DNA of 64,000 nt from the human T2T-CHM13v2.0 reference genome, Homo sapiens, in NCBI RefSeq assembly GCF_009914755.1, contig NC_060937.1; one strand, given 5' to 3'. The position numbers and the translations under genes were made by a program. Below, in pieces: positions 13,631 to 27,020 of this stretch (position 1 is the first letter of the stretch; the number at the start of each line of letters is the position of its first letter). Under the pieces are notes generated by a model that was given only the letters and a program-made list of their open reading frames with translations, did not search any database and was not told the DNA's origin.

Positions 13631-16600
13631 TGGGCTCTTTTTTTTTAGTGGAGATGACTCCAGCTATAAAGGGAAGTGTATAATCTGGAGTAGGTTGTTG
13701 GGATGGAGGACAGTGTGGTCCTGAGTGTTGGACTATCCATGTAGGCGAGAAGATCTGTTGTTGATAATTTCTGGTTTAAATGATCCCGGGGATATCCAAA
13801 GGGCTCAGGATATCCAAAGCCCTTTACAGTGACCAAGGTCTAGGGGTAGGGAGGTGACCAGAACTGGTTTATTTCAAGTCAGACTCTAGGTTGAAATGGA
13901 TTCACTAGTAATATAATCTCATTGCATTATTGTGTTTTCAATTTAATAAAGCAAATTATAACCACAAAGAGCTCCTATAGAAAACGAAATCAGCTAGTTC
14001 ATAAAAACCCATACACGGACTCTTGTTATTTAGTTTTCAACCACAGGTAGTTATACTTCTAAAGTCATTATTTATATGTTGTCAGGAGTACTCACCAAAT
14101 TTATTGACTTGTACATTATTCTTTGCAAATAATTTCTGGCTGCTCTCCGCATATTATAATTAAAACGACAGGGACTTTAATCATTTATGAAATTTTAAAC
14201 TACATACTGAATATAAATGTATCATTCAATGTGATAGAATGAATTAAATTCATCACTGTCAAATAACTGTATAAAAGATGAAATATCTCTCATCTCACAT
14301 CATTAACTTATTAAAAAAAAAAGACCCAGATCTGAAAGCATTGTTATAGTACTTTTATGGTATTTTAAGGACACTTTGAAAACTAAGACATTTAGCATAT
14401 ACAAGAAAAATGCTTTTGACCAAAAAGTTGATTTCTAATTTTATCTGTAAAATCCCTAATTTGAATTTGATGATAAACAACTTTTACTTAGACAAAATCA
14501 AATAATCAAGATTAAAACACTTCTAAATGAACATAAAACTTTTAAAAATCATCATGATATAAATATGTGTACAGATAAAATAGAGTTTTGTCAATCCAAA
14601 TCATGAAGGCAAAAATTTTTTCTGTAGATCGAAAGGGTGATTTGGGATAGAAAGGTAATTTAAATATTTATCTGGAGCAGGTAAGTAGCTGATGTGTGAT
14701 CATTTCTCACTCTGTGCATGCCCAGACACAGTGTTAACACCTAGAGTTCCAAGGAAATCAAAATACATTTGGGAAACTATAATTCTGAACATTATTTTCA
14801 TTTTCTAGTTTGTTATAATCAAATTACTATCTTCTGTTAATATCTATACTTGATAAATAACATAGAATTAAACTCAAAATAAATTTTACCAATTTTACAT
14901 CAAAACTCTTCAAATGTGAAAAACTTATTATTTATTGATTATATTAGGAAAATATGTGCTATAGGCCTCTTTTTTTTTTTTTAGTCCTTCCCTAAATCTT
15001 CTGAGTCTTTCCGAGTTTCAATGATTTCACCCATGTTTCTTGATATTCATCTGTTCTTGGGCAGGACGTTTATTCACTCATTCACTGAACAAACTTTTAT
15101 TGAGCCAGGTAGGGAGTGGGGAAAGTGGGGGCTTGGTTTGGAATGACATGAGAAGCTGAGTACCCACAAGGACTTAAATGGGGGCTACACAGTCTTGATA
15201 AAACCTGAAGTAGGCAGTGTTTTTATAAACTTATGAGTTCTAATTTGGGGGGAAAGTATAAATGAAGCCACTTACAACCATCTTACCATATCTCAATTTG
15301 TTTAATCCAGTTCATGGTCACACAACTTTATGCAATTTTTCCAAACAAATGTAAGGAAACATGACATGAATGGAAAGGAATAGGCTGTTGTGTTCTGGGA
15401 TACACATGTATTTTCATAGAAATGAAATTAGGAAGAAAATCTCAAGCACAGGCAATATATGTTACTGTGGAAACCCAATCCATGAGTTTTCAAAATGATC
15501 AACATTATAATCAGTGATATAATTTTATCTTGTCAAGAGTTTTAGATTGCTTATTTTGGTAGTGTAGATAATGGTATCAAATTCCTCCTTGTCTCTGTCT
15601 TCTTGAGTTCTTGTCACATAACATCAAAAAACAAGAAAAACAATGCAATTTAGAACCTTATATATTGTTATATTTGCTACATGGTATCTGATTGCCCTGT
15701 AATTATCTGAAAAATAAATTTTTTAAAGTAAGAATTATTTTGGGTGGAAGAGCAGAGTGAGGAAGTATGTATAAGACTTGGGGATGTATAGCAAAAACAC
15801 ATATTACCATTGATTAACATGCCCTGTCCTGAAATAGCTTGTTAAAACCTGACTATCAACCAGTATAGCTTGGTTTTCATCTTATGAAATTAACTTTACC
15901 TCTATTTTAATTAGCAAGTTTGAATAACAACAACACTACCAAAATGTAAAATTAAAAAGAAAACACATGCACATAAAAATCTGGAAATTGGAATCAATAA
16001 AGAAATATTTTAAATTTAAAAAATTTGTTATAAAAAGTATTTCTATGGTAGTAGCAATATTTTTTCCCCCAACACATGGGTTTCTATCTGTGACATGTAT
16101 TCCATATACATTTTCCTTGCTTTTAAAATTGGCATTACTGCTTCCTTTGTACTTTTTCTTGTTTATACTTTTTTTCAGTGTGTGTGTTTTCACAAAGCAG
16201 TGCTTCCTCATTAGCCTGCTTTAGGAACTTATAATGGACAAGTTTTCATACTTACCTGATTGTTAAGCACCTGATGTGAAAATCATCAGTCTGTTTGAAG
16301 GCAAGAAGCCCTGCTGAAATGCTTTCCCAAGATTTCTAACAAGGCACAGCTACATTATAGACCTGTAACTGTATACGGTGGTAGTTGGTATGAAGTAACA
16401 AAGCATGGCTCGGGGTAAAAAGACACGTGCAATTTAAGCAACCATTTCTAATAGCTTTATAATAAAATCTCTTCATATTGAGAGATTTTATTAGGTTTGA
16501 AATATAATTTTCACAAAGTTGCCACAGAATCAGAGTAAAGTACATTCTAAACCCTTTACATTCTGTTCCCCGTGCTTCTCAGTATTGTTTCAGAATAGAA

Positions 16601-18066
16601 GGTGAAACTGTATTCCTTGGTGTGCAGTTTAAAGTCAAAAGCAGCAATATTTAGCACATGCTTGGGCAACCTTGTTTGAAATCCATGCCGCCCCTCTCTG
16701 GTGTTCTGATGTGCCTTTAGGGGATGCTTGCCTGTTTGTAGTTTGTTTTCTTTTGTTTAAGGTTTCAGCTACTGCATTGACTAATGATTATATAGCAGTA
16801 AACTCTCATCCCTGCTAAATTCAGTAGTGATGCCTCAAAAGCATTTTTCCCTTGTGTGACATAAAACAATAAAAGAACTAGACAAGCCCCTTTTGAGGAA
16901 GAATAATCCTTTGTTTAAAGAAAAGAAAGAAAAGGCATTTCCTTGACGCCAGAGGGTGGAGAATTCAAATCAAAGGCTTAGCTAATTGATAAAAAATAAA
17001 ACAAGTGTTAATCTGACAATTTTTTTGTACTCAGTTACTATTTGTGGAAAACTGTTAATATAATATTTTATCTATCCATACCTCTTTAGTGATACCAACT
17101 ACACAATATATATTTAATACATAATTACTTGATTGACACCTGCACTTGGATATAATATCTAAATAATACATCTGTTTCTTCAGAATGCTGTTACCAGCAT
17201 AATTTATCAGCAGAATTTTGGTCAGACAGTTATATTTTACATTGATGATAAGTATATCATTTTCCCCTGCATTTGTTCTTTAATACAAATTAAAATAGTT
17301 TATTTTGAAATATAACATACATTAGAAATTTGACTTAAAAAAGCAACCAATAGATTTACATAATGCATTTGCTTAGCCTTTAGATTTACCAATGCCAAGT
17401 CCGAAGAATTTGAACATGCCATTTAATTGTTCTCCCTGCAATTTTCTTAATGAGACTTGTGGCCATGATTCCAAGTGATAAATTCTTCTTGATTTGCCTC
17501 CAGTTGTCACTGGCCAAACCTTAGGGAATGAAAGATTAGTTACGGTTTCAAAAGACTTATTATTTTAAACTGGAGAATTTTTAATGTTCTTAACCCAATT
17601 AAACAGAAAGTGAAGAATCTATCAATATTGTTGTCAGTTTATTAGAGGAAAAAAATCACCCAAATTTTAATTTAGCTGTAAACAATGTTCAATTTCTGCC
17701 TTTAAATTAGAATAGAATAAGATTGTATTAAATTTGAGTTGACTCTGGTGCCTAAATGTCGCATCCCTAACAGGAAAATTGCCTTGTGATTTAAACAAAG
17801 ATTTCAATCGATGAGCAGGGTTTCGGGGCTCATCCAATTTTTAATGGCATTTGTCTTTTATCACTCAAGTCCTTGAATAATGTAAGTAAGCTGTACAACA
17901 CTTTGCATATGCTTGGTCCTGTGATGAGACTAATATGTGTATCCATAACTTAATTTTTTTAACCTCCAATTTTAAAACTCCAAGGGGAAAAAAAAGTTTT
18001 CTTGTTAAGTTTAAGTAATGGATCTAAGAGACCACTTTCAGGCCACAAAATAGTCCAAGTTGGCCC

Positions 18067-18244
18067 CAAACACAGGTGCTCCCAGTTTGAACATTGTGCC
18101 TGGCTTTTCTGCAGAGAAACTAAATGAAAGAGCAACTTCAAACACAGGTGCAAAATCCCGCATCTGTGAGGGACAGCCCGAAACCATGGCTTTCCCCTGA
18201 CCGTTTTCGGCTTGTAAACCTCATCCTCCATGGAGCACCTGTGT
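18067..18244. promoter_or_regulatory. Homotypic CAGGTG E-box cluster (three ACACAGGTGC)
   Basis: CAAACACAGGTGC at 18067-18079 and 18139-18151; inverted GCACCTGTGT at 18235-18244. Confidence 0.4.
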
Positions 18245-20097
18245 CAGAACCAATCAGGGCTGTGTATAAATGTTATCAACACCTACACATCATTACTTAT
18301 TCATCAACATCAGCACCAAATATTGATGCAAACATGGAAGGGTGTTTTTTTGTTTTTGTTTTTTCCTATGGAGCTGCTCTTGTCTGGAGCTTCAGTCCTT
18401 TTGCCTGATGGCTGACGGGAAGAAGTAAAATACACAGATAAGAACATTCAGAATATTTCAGGCTCTAAGTCTGACGATCGTTTGTGTTTGTGTCACTTTT
18501 TAATCTTTGCATCTAGTTCCTTCGGTGGGAAAAAATGGAGAGCACACAAAAGGTTCAGACACATTGATTGCCGAAAGGCCTACTTGCAGTAATTCCATAC
18601 TTTGTGGCGTACTTTCGTGCAGCCACCTCCTCCGTGGTCATCTGTTGCCTTCTTGCTGTTTGATTAGCACTCAAAGAACCTACATTTGAAGCTGTATAAG
18701 ATTTTATTTTTCAACATCAGTAACAAGCAGCAGAAGCAGCAGGATCTGGCTTTCTGGCAAACTCCACAGGCATTTGGGTTGGTGGCTTTGTATTTGCCTC
18801 TGGGCCTTTCCTGCACAGGGCTGAGGAGGGGCTACCAGGCTGTTAGAAGCTTTGGAAACCATTTCTTCTTTGACAATTTAAATTTATGTGGTTTTTAATT
18901 GTCTGTAAACAAAGCCTTTTACATCTAGCACTAAATCTCCATCCGAGGTCAGCTGGCATCCAAAGGGATGGTTGCTGATTTAGTTTGTCTTGTCTGCTTT
19001 TCTTTCCTAAAAAAAAAAAAAAATAAACCCTCTCAATCAGTTTATTGTTCTCCAATAGAGATACACAAAACACACAAATCACTTGGCCCCTCCCCCCCAC
19101 TTTGAATGAACAGATAAAAATCCATCTGTTTTTTTATCTGCATGTTTCAAAGGCCAAATCTGTGTCCTTTGTAAAAAATGGCCTCAGCAATACAATGTCC
19201 TAGCAAGCAGCTAGGAAAATTGACCAATACTTGGGTCAGCGATGGTTGTAGTTGGGAAACTTCCAGTATAGTTTTGGTTCTAAATGGTCATTAGATCTAG
19301 ATTATTTAGGCTGTGAATAATTAAGAGATAAAAATGTGTACAATACATATGTATTGGTTATTCTGGTTCACAGTTAAACTATTAATTACATGAGTTTCTA
19401 AATAAAAATATTTAAAAATTGGGAAAAAGAGTAGAGTCGTGCAAATGTTTGGTTTCCTATAGATTGTCACACAACTGACTACAGTCTTTCAAAAACATAA
19501 TTTAAGACACATACAGATAAACGTCTGGCTGTGGGTCCCCGGCTCCTGTGAGCTCCAGAAAACCTCGGACACACTTCCTGTTTGCGCATGTTGAGCTCTG
19601 GCTGGGGCGCTCCTCTCCTGCCTGTCTCCTACGTGCAGAGTCAGTGCGGTAGTTCTCCCATTTCTCTAAGAGCCTGCTCTCTCTGTCTCTGGCATAAGTG
19701 AGAGGAAAAAAAAAAAGACCATTACAAATGAGGAGAGACATAGAGCTCTTAGGCAAAAGGGAATATAGAACCCACAGAGTTTAAATAAAAGCTGTCACTG
19801 CTGAGTGAACTGAAGGCTCCAACTCTGGCACGGGATCGCTTTTTAAAGAAGCCCTGGCTCAGTGAGGGAGAAATAGGAGCTTTCGAATACTTATTTGTTT
19901 CCTACAAGCCCTCTATTTCTGCTTTGAAAAAGAACCAGAAAGCCAAAAAGAAATACTTTGGGTTTCTTTTTCTAAATATCTGTCTATATGAGTTATCGCA
20001 TATGGAAGATTGATTTTATTTTTTCCAAGTCTATTTTCAATTCACAGTGATGCTAGGTAAAACAGAACCTGCCTATGTTTTTAGAAGACAGTGAATT

Positions 20098-20230
20098 GGT
20101 TCCCTACTTTGCCAGTTATAAAGCCTTGGACAAATTATTTAATGTTTAGGTCCCTTTTTCTCATTTGCAAAATGGGAATAATCATGTCTACCATGAGGGG
20201 ATGAAATATAAACTAAGATAATTTGAAAAA
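20098..20230 (+). mobile_element. MIR fragment
   Basis: 'ccttggacaaattatttaa..ttttctcatttgcaaaatgggaataat'. Confidence 0.65.
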
Positions 20231-20507
20231 CATTTTTTTTACATTCCCTAACACATAGTTACACCAAAAATATTGTTGGCCAAGGAACAATTCAAAAACA
20301 AAACAGTAGGAAGGAAAAAAAAAGGAAAAAGAAATTAAAACGCTCAAGTAAATAAGAAGAATATTCTGAGAGGGAGCCTCAAAAATATAAAATTATGGGA
20401 ATCAAGTTAAGATTAGAAAAAGTCAGGGACTAAAATAAAAACTGCATGTCATGCCATTGCAGGTTTAGATAAAGTGAATGAAATTTGGTGTTTTAAAAAT
20501 AGTTTCT

Positions 20508-20826
20508 GGTCAGAGGCAGTGGCTCACACCTGTAACCCCAGCATTTTGAGAGGCCAAGGTGAAAAGATTGCTTGAGGCCAGGAGTTTGAGAACAGCCTGG
20601 GCAACAAAGGGACACCCCTGTCTCTACAAAAATTGAGAAAGTGAAAAAAAAAATTAGCCAAACATGGTGGTGCATGGCATGCACCTGTAGTCCCAGCTAC
20701 TCAGGAGGCTAAGGCAGGAGGATCACATGAGCCTAGGAATTTGAAGCTGCTGTGAGCTATGATTGTGCTATTGCACTCCAGCCTGGGTGACAGAGTGAGA
20801 CACCCCATCTCTAAATGAATAAATAA
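20508..20826 (+). mobile_element. AluJ
   Basis: Dimeric Alu with J-type features ('gattgcttgaggccaggagtttgag', 'ggaggatcacatgagcctagg'), decayed tail. Confidence 0.95.
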
Positions 20827-21254
20827 AGCTCATTATGGAGAACAGATGCTTGAAACGAAATAGAGAAATTGCCCTCCTGATGAAGGGATGAAGAAGTTTG
20901 AAGCATGAAAATTGTAGTAAACACAAGCTAAAAGGTTGAGCAGCTCTGGTCATCCTGAAGACAGGGGGCTGCAGTTTCTACCAGTGTGGCTGTCACAGTG
21001 TCTTTGGGGAGGGCCTATGTCTCCTCCACAGATTCTTGCCATCTGTCAGTCATCCTTGTTGGTTCTTGAAAAGCTCCATTTTGTGAGTTTAGATCCAAAT
21101 CAAGCAAGTCAGGGGCTCAGCTAACTTTGAGTTCATGGACTTTAGTTGAACTGATCAGCAGCAAATTCATTCTAGCTAAAATTTCAAGTTCATTCAGAAT
21201 GAAAATACTGGGAAACAGTTTCCTACCTCTTTATCGTAGGATCTCAGTACAAGT

Positions 21255-21390
21255 TTGTTTATTCATTCATTTGTTTATTCAGTCAATTATTATTGGGTGT
21301 CGACTGAGTGACAGACTCTGTGCTAGATTCTGGGAATGAAACAACTAACTACAGAAGAATGTTCCCTGTCTTCTAAAGGGTACAGTTATT
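21255..21390 (-). mobile_element. L2 3' end
   Basis: 'ttcattcatttgtttattcagtcaattattattgggtgtc..ctgtgctagattctgggaat'. Confidence 0.7.
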
Positions 21391-21802
21391 TTAGGTAGTC
21401 TCACCCAACCCTCCCAGCATCCCTACACAGTTGTTTTTGGGGCCCTTCCCTACTGATCAACATGCTCCCAGCTGCCTTTGCACAAGGCTGCAGCATACTA
21501 AAGTCACCCAGGGATTCTCTTAGAATGCTTGCTAAGTTTAAATATATACACTATGTCGAGATCCTCTGAGCAACTATTAATAGCTGTATCAGGTCCAATG
21601 GGGTTAATCTGAGATCTAACATCAAACGGGGGAATAACATATCAAAACTAAAGTTCAAACTATAGATAATAAAGATGAAATAAGTTAGTGGATGGATTGA
21701 ATGGCAAGTGGAACATGAAACATACATTTTGGATTCTTGATCACTCTCTTCTTTGATTATGACTCTTCCTTTCTGGCTTCACCTCATTCTAGTCTGTTAG
21801 GG

Positions 21803-22035
21803 ATAATAAATAGCTAATATTTAATGGTGGTTTTTTATGTGCCAGACACTATGCTAAATTTATCTCATATAATTCTCACCTCAAAGAGATGGATATTATC
21901 ACTATTTTTTTCCGATAAGAAAACTGAGGCACAGAGAGGTTAAGCAAATCCTCTAAGAGCATTTAACAGTGGAAAAATTGTGGGGCTACAATTCATATGC
22001 ATGAGTTTTTTCAGAGCTGACATTCTCAACTCTAT
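21803..22035 (-). mobile_element. MIR, near full length
   Basis: 'aatagctaatattta..atgtgccagacactatgctaa..aagaaaactgaggcacagagaggttaag'. Confidence 0.88.
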
Positions 22036-22918
22036 ATTTTGTCTCCTTCAACCATCCTGCCTCTCTTTCTTTGACTAGATTTAATAGGCAAATTGATTTT
22101 TATCTTTTGTGTTCTCTATCTGGGATTCTTTCTGTCTTTTGGTTTTTCTTCAGAAAATTTCAAGCAAACAAAAGTAAAAGAATGGTATAACAAACCCTGT
22201 ATATGCATCAATCTTAAATTCTCTTTACTTTCACCTGATCAATCATAGTTACCTCACAGATAAACCCTACATTTCTATCTGCCTGCTGATCTGATTATTT
22301 GATTGTGGCATTCTTGATATTTTTAATGTACTCCAACAACCACTGTGGTTCAGAAGGACTGATCTAAGGATTTTTCTATGATGCTTTACCTCTAAGCCCT
22401 AAATTATCAATCATATAATTCTAGGGCTTCCCATCTGCTTAAATCTGTAGTGCAATATACAGACAGATCAGCATGTTAATTGCAAAAGGCAGACTCTTAA
22501 TGAATGCTTTTTAATGAATTAATTAAACGGTGAAGTACTTAAAAAATTGTGACATAGAATAAAGAAGACATAGGCATGCTCTTAATTTTTGTAGTGAGGA
22601 TAAAAGAGTTTGCACTTTTTCTTTCATGCACCAGGGGATTTTCTAAAGAATTTTTCTCATCTTAGGGAAAGATAAAGTTGTCCATAACCTGTTCCTATAG
22701 AATAAGACTCCCAAGAAGAGGATTTTTCATGGCAGCATTGGTTAAACTGTTGATAAGGAAGGATTGGGAAGGGTTCTACTAGACTTAGATTTAGGAGGGA
22801 TAAAATACTGATGGGAAATAGCATGAGTAAAATTATACAGCAGGCATGAACTTGCAAAAGCATTTCCTTTGAAGTAGCCATCTCTTTCATGTTGTGTTGG
22901 TTGCTGTCTGAAGTTTGA

Positions 22919-22973
22919 TCCTTCCTTCCTTCCTTCCTTCCTTCCTTCCTTCCTTCCTTCCTTCCTTCCTTCC
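22919..22973 (+). repeat. (TCCT)n microsatellite, about 13 units
   Basis: Directly visible perfect tetranucleotide run. Confidence 0.97.
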
Positions 22974-22999
22974 CTCCTCTGAAGAGAATTTTCAGTTCT

Positions 23000-24075
23000 C
23001 TTCAGACTCTATACATTAACCTTGGAAATCCCACTCACTCTGATGGACTAAATTAACCAATATATGAGACGATTCTTAAATGTCTAATTCCAGCCCTACC
23101 TTTTTCTTATCTCCAGACACATTAATTCAGCTGCCTTTTGGAAATTGCCACTTAGATGTCCTCACAGTTTCCTCAAACCTAGGATGTCTGAAATAGAATT
23201 CATCGTCTTCCCATTAACCACTCCTCCTTCCATTTTTCCTACTGTACAAGATGACATGCCCCAATTGCCTAAGCCAAAAACCTGGACTCCTCATTGTCTT
23301 TTCCTCTCCGTTTGCCATTAATCACCGTGTCCTGTTGAATCAGCTTTCTAAATATATCTCCAATCTGTCACCTCTCTTCATCCTCACTACCACATACCAG
23401 GCCTCTGTCATCACTGGACTAGAGTACTGTTAGAGTTTTCTAATGACATCTTTCTCTAGTCTTGCTTCCCTCCACTTCTTCTTCCTCCTTCCCACCAAAG
23501 TGTTACTCTAAAATGCAAATCTGCCTGTATATGGCCAGCTTAAAACTCTTCAAGTAGTCCACATTAACAAACTCTAAACTTTTCAGCTTAGCAAACCACT
23601 CTAAGACCTTCTTCCTGTATGTTTCCTTGCATCCTGGATTTCAGACATATTGATCTGTTTGTAGCTCCCAGCACACATAGATGATTCCTCAGCTTTGTGC
23701 TTTTGCTCTTAATCTTCCTTCTAAAATGAAGCCTTTAGCTTTTCTCCTTCTTCATACCCCTACCAATGACAGTCTACTTACCCTTCAAGATGTTCCAGTC
23801 TCAGCTCAAGGGGTCCTTCCTCTGTAAAGCCTTTCCTGAACCACTCTAGTAATTTCTACCGTGAAATTTGGTCATTTCAAGGGTAGAATTGAACGTGTGC
23901 TCTACTGTGTTCATTAGAACCTAAAACACATATAACTTTTATTTTGCTGACATTTTAATATATCCATAGCTATTTATGAAGAGTGTTTTGTTTCTTCTAC
24001 ACCCAGCACCATTTCTGGCATAGAGTATACTAAAAATATTTCGGTTGTTTGCTTGATTGACAGATTGAATAAATG
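23000..24075 (+). mobile_element. L2 LINE 3' portion
   Basis: 'ctccagacac..cagctgcc..ccacttagatgtcctcac..ctcaaacc', 'ggtccttcctctgtaaagcctttcctga', terminal 'ctggcatagag..gattgaataaatg'. Confidence 0.8.
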
Positions 24076-24699
24076 TGTACTCCTGAATAATTTTCTGTTA
24101 TTATCATGAATATGTTCTTATATTTTGTTTCCTTTTCATTATTAGAAGTCTTTCCTATGTCTTTACTACTAAATGCTGTTATGGAATTAACAATTTATAT
24201 AGAATTATTATCTTGTTTTAGGTTGCTTCCTATTCTTTCTAATCACTGCTCCCCCACCCAAGATTTATTTACTTCAATTTGTTTACATAGATAATGCCTT
24301 AAAAAGTTAGAATTTAAATCTTTAAAACAATTTCTACAATACCTTTTAAAGTAATACTTACAGTTTTTGTTATTATCATCTTTAAAATATCTTCTTTCAT
24401 CTTATTTAGACACCATTACCTCTTGCTAATTACAATAAATTTCTGGAGAGAGTCAACCTCTTATCACTTCTAATTTGGTAATTTCACTTGGTTCCTTTGG
24501 GCACTGTTATTAGAAATTGATATGAGATGAGATTTGGTAGATTTGATTGCTTACTTCAAGATGGAATCTTCTTTACTCTTTCCGTTGGAAATTTTATTCA
24601 GAATGTATTGAGAGCTGAAGGTTTTCTGGGCTCTTACTAGGCAGGAGTACGAGATGAGTAAGCAGAGCTGCTTACCTGAAGGAGTTTATAATACTGAAG

Positions 24700-25090
24700 G
24701 AAGAGAAGACAGTTATACGGAGAGCTGTAACACTGAGATGGGATAAATGCTAAGAGAAAAAGATGAAGTGCTGTAGGAGGAGAGAACAGAGACTTATTTC
24801 CAGTAAGGAGATCGAAGGAAAGCTTCATAGAAGAAGGGAGCTTTGAAAATTGACTAGGATATCAACAGGTGATGATTGGGAGAGGACGTTACACACTGGA
24901 AAATAAGGGTGTTTGGTTGAGGTGGAGAAAATATATAAGGTATGGAGAACAGGGGTACAGAGCATCCAGAGGGTGGGGTGGCAGTCCTACAGGATGGTGA
25001 AAACTGGAATGATGGCCATATTAAGGAAGCCCTTGAATGCCTCACCATCAACCGAGGCCCACTGGGGGCTTTTGAATAGGGCAGTGAACC
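24700..25090 (-). mobile_element. L2 fragment
   Basis: 'ggaaagcttcatagaagaaggg', 'gcccttgaatgcc', 'ttttgaatagggcagtga'. Confidence 0.6.
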
Positions 25091-25659
25091 TTCTTTCCTT
25101 TTGCTATTATCTACCTACAGCAGCTTATCATGTTCCCCTTATCTTTCATGCTCTGCATTTGCAAAGAAATTGCCAGGCTATCGCTTCTCTTTAAAGACCT
25201 TCTTCTCTAACCACACTAAGTTATGCTATTTTTTTTCCTTACTCAATCTTTTGACACAATGTTTTGCTATTCAAACTTCAGCCACACTTTGTTGTTGTTG
25301 TTGCTTTTGGGACACTGTTACTAGGAACTAGCTGATTTGGAGTAAAGATTGTTCTGCAAGTATATTCACTGTAAGAAAGGATTCTTATCAAAACTTTCTA
25401 GCTTGCTACATGTCATTTAATTTAAATATTATAATCTCTACTTAATATCTGTTGTGTCATATGAATGATGCCCACCAAGAAATGTTCTCTTGGGAATGTC
25501 ATCTTGCTTCTTTTATCTTACTCTTTTTAAATTCAAAGATTTAGATTTCATTCACTTTTGGGATGGTGCAGTACAAGTCCTGTCAGACATATATATCACA
25601 ACTCTTTCCTCCCGGTTTATGTCTTGCTGTTTCATTTATCTTGAAGGAGGTATTTTCTA

Positions 25660-26697
25660 AGCTGCTTTATTCAGACATGATCTATATACCATAACTTCAT
25701 CCATTTCAATTGTCCAATTTAGTAGACTTTAGTATACTTTCAGAGTTGTATAACTATCATAATATAATTTTGGAGTATTTACATTTCTCTAAAAAAGACA
25801 TTTTGTACCTAATTACAGTTATTTCCTGTTTTTTCCTCCCAGTCCTAGGCAACCACTAATCTACTTAGTTTCTCTTATTATTTGCTTTTTTGGACACTTT
25901 ATATAAGGAATTATACAATATGTGTTCTTCTGTGTGTGTGTTTCAGTTAGTATAATGTTTTTGAGGGTTATCCAGCTGTAATATCTGTCAGTACTTTCCT
26001 TTTTTATTGCTGATAAAATTCATTATATGGATATAACACATTTTGTTTATCTGTCAGCAGATGGACATTTGGGTCATTTCCATTTTTTGGCTATTGTGAA
26101 TAATACGGCTATCAATACTTGCGTACAAGGTTTTGTGTGGACATATTTTCATTTATTTTGAGTAGATTCCTAAGAGTGAGATTTTTAGGTGGTATGATAA
26201 ATTTATATTTGACCCTTTAAGAATGTGCCAAAATGTTCTCCAAAGTAGCTGCACCATCTTAGATTCCTGAGATAAGTATTTGAGGGCTCTAGTTTCTCTG
26301 CATTCTTGTCAATACTTGTTATTGTCTGTCCTTTTGATTATAGCCATTTTAATTAGTGTGATGCTATCTTATTGTGATTTTGATTTATATTTCCCTAATG
26401 ATTAATGATGTGGAGAATTTTTTCATATGCTTTTGGTCATTTGTATATTCTCTGAATAAATGCTAATTCGGATGCTTTGACCATTTTTAATTGACTTATG
26501 TGTCCTTTTGAGATGGAAGAGTTTTATGTACGTTCTAGATACGAATCCTTTATCAGATATGTGCTTTGCAAACATTCTCCCACATTCTGTGGGTTATTTT
26601 CTCACTCTTGATAATGTCTTTTGAAATACAAATTTTAAAAATTTTGACAAAAGTTAACCTGTTCATTTTTTTCTTTTATTGCTGTGCTTTCAGAGTT
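25660..26697 (-). mobile_element. L1MB (L1MB7/8-like) 3' end with ORF2 C-terminal remnant
   Basis: 'cccagtcctaggcaaccactaatctact', 'gatggacatttgggtcatttccattttttggctattgtgaataat', 'cctttatcagatatgtgctttgcaaa'. Confidence 0.88.
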
Positions 26698-27020
26698 CAC
26701 CCACTTTTTCTGAGGTGTGGGTCAGATTAACTTACGAAAACTCTATTTCCTATGTTTATGATTATATAACAAATGGAGGCCTCTATCACCTTAATTGCAA
26801 GGTGATTGGGCCTGCTTACCCTGAAGCATCAGTTGATCTACTGTGGATATCCTGAAATCACAACAGTGAATTAGAAATTACTTTCAGCTTTGGGGATTCA
26901 CCACCTTCATAAACTTCTACTTCTTCCTCTTGCTATCCTGCTCTTATCCTTGAAGTAGTAAGCACTCTGTCCTGAGAGATTCAGAACATAACATCTGCTT
27001 GCCTCCTGAGGGATCTAGGT

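Noticed and set aside
16248-16258. U1 snRNA pseudogene (ATACTTACCTG)
   Set aside because: The match stops after 11 nt and does not continue into U1 sequence; better read as a minus-strand splice-donor consensus
16680-16965. CTCF-like words 'gccgcccctctctggtg' and 'cgccagagggtgg'
   Set aside because: Spacing or key positions deviate from the CTCF core; too weak without ChIP data
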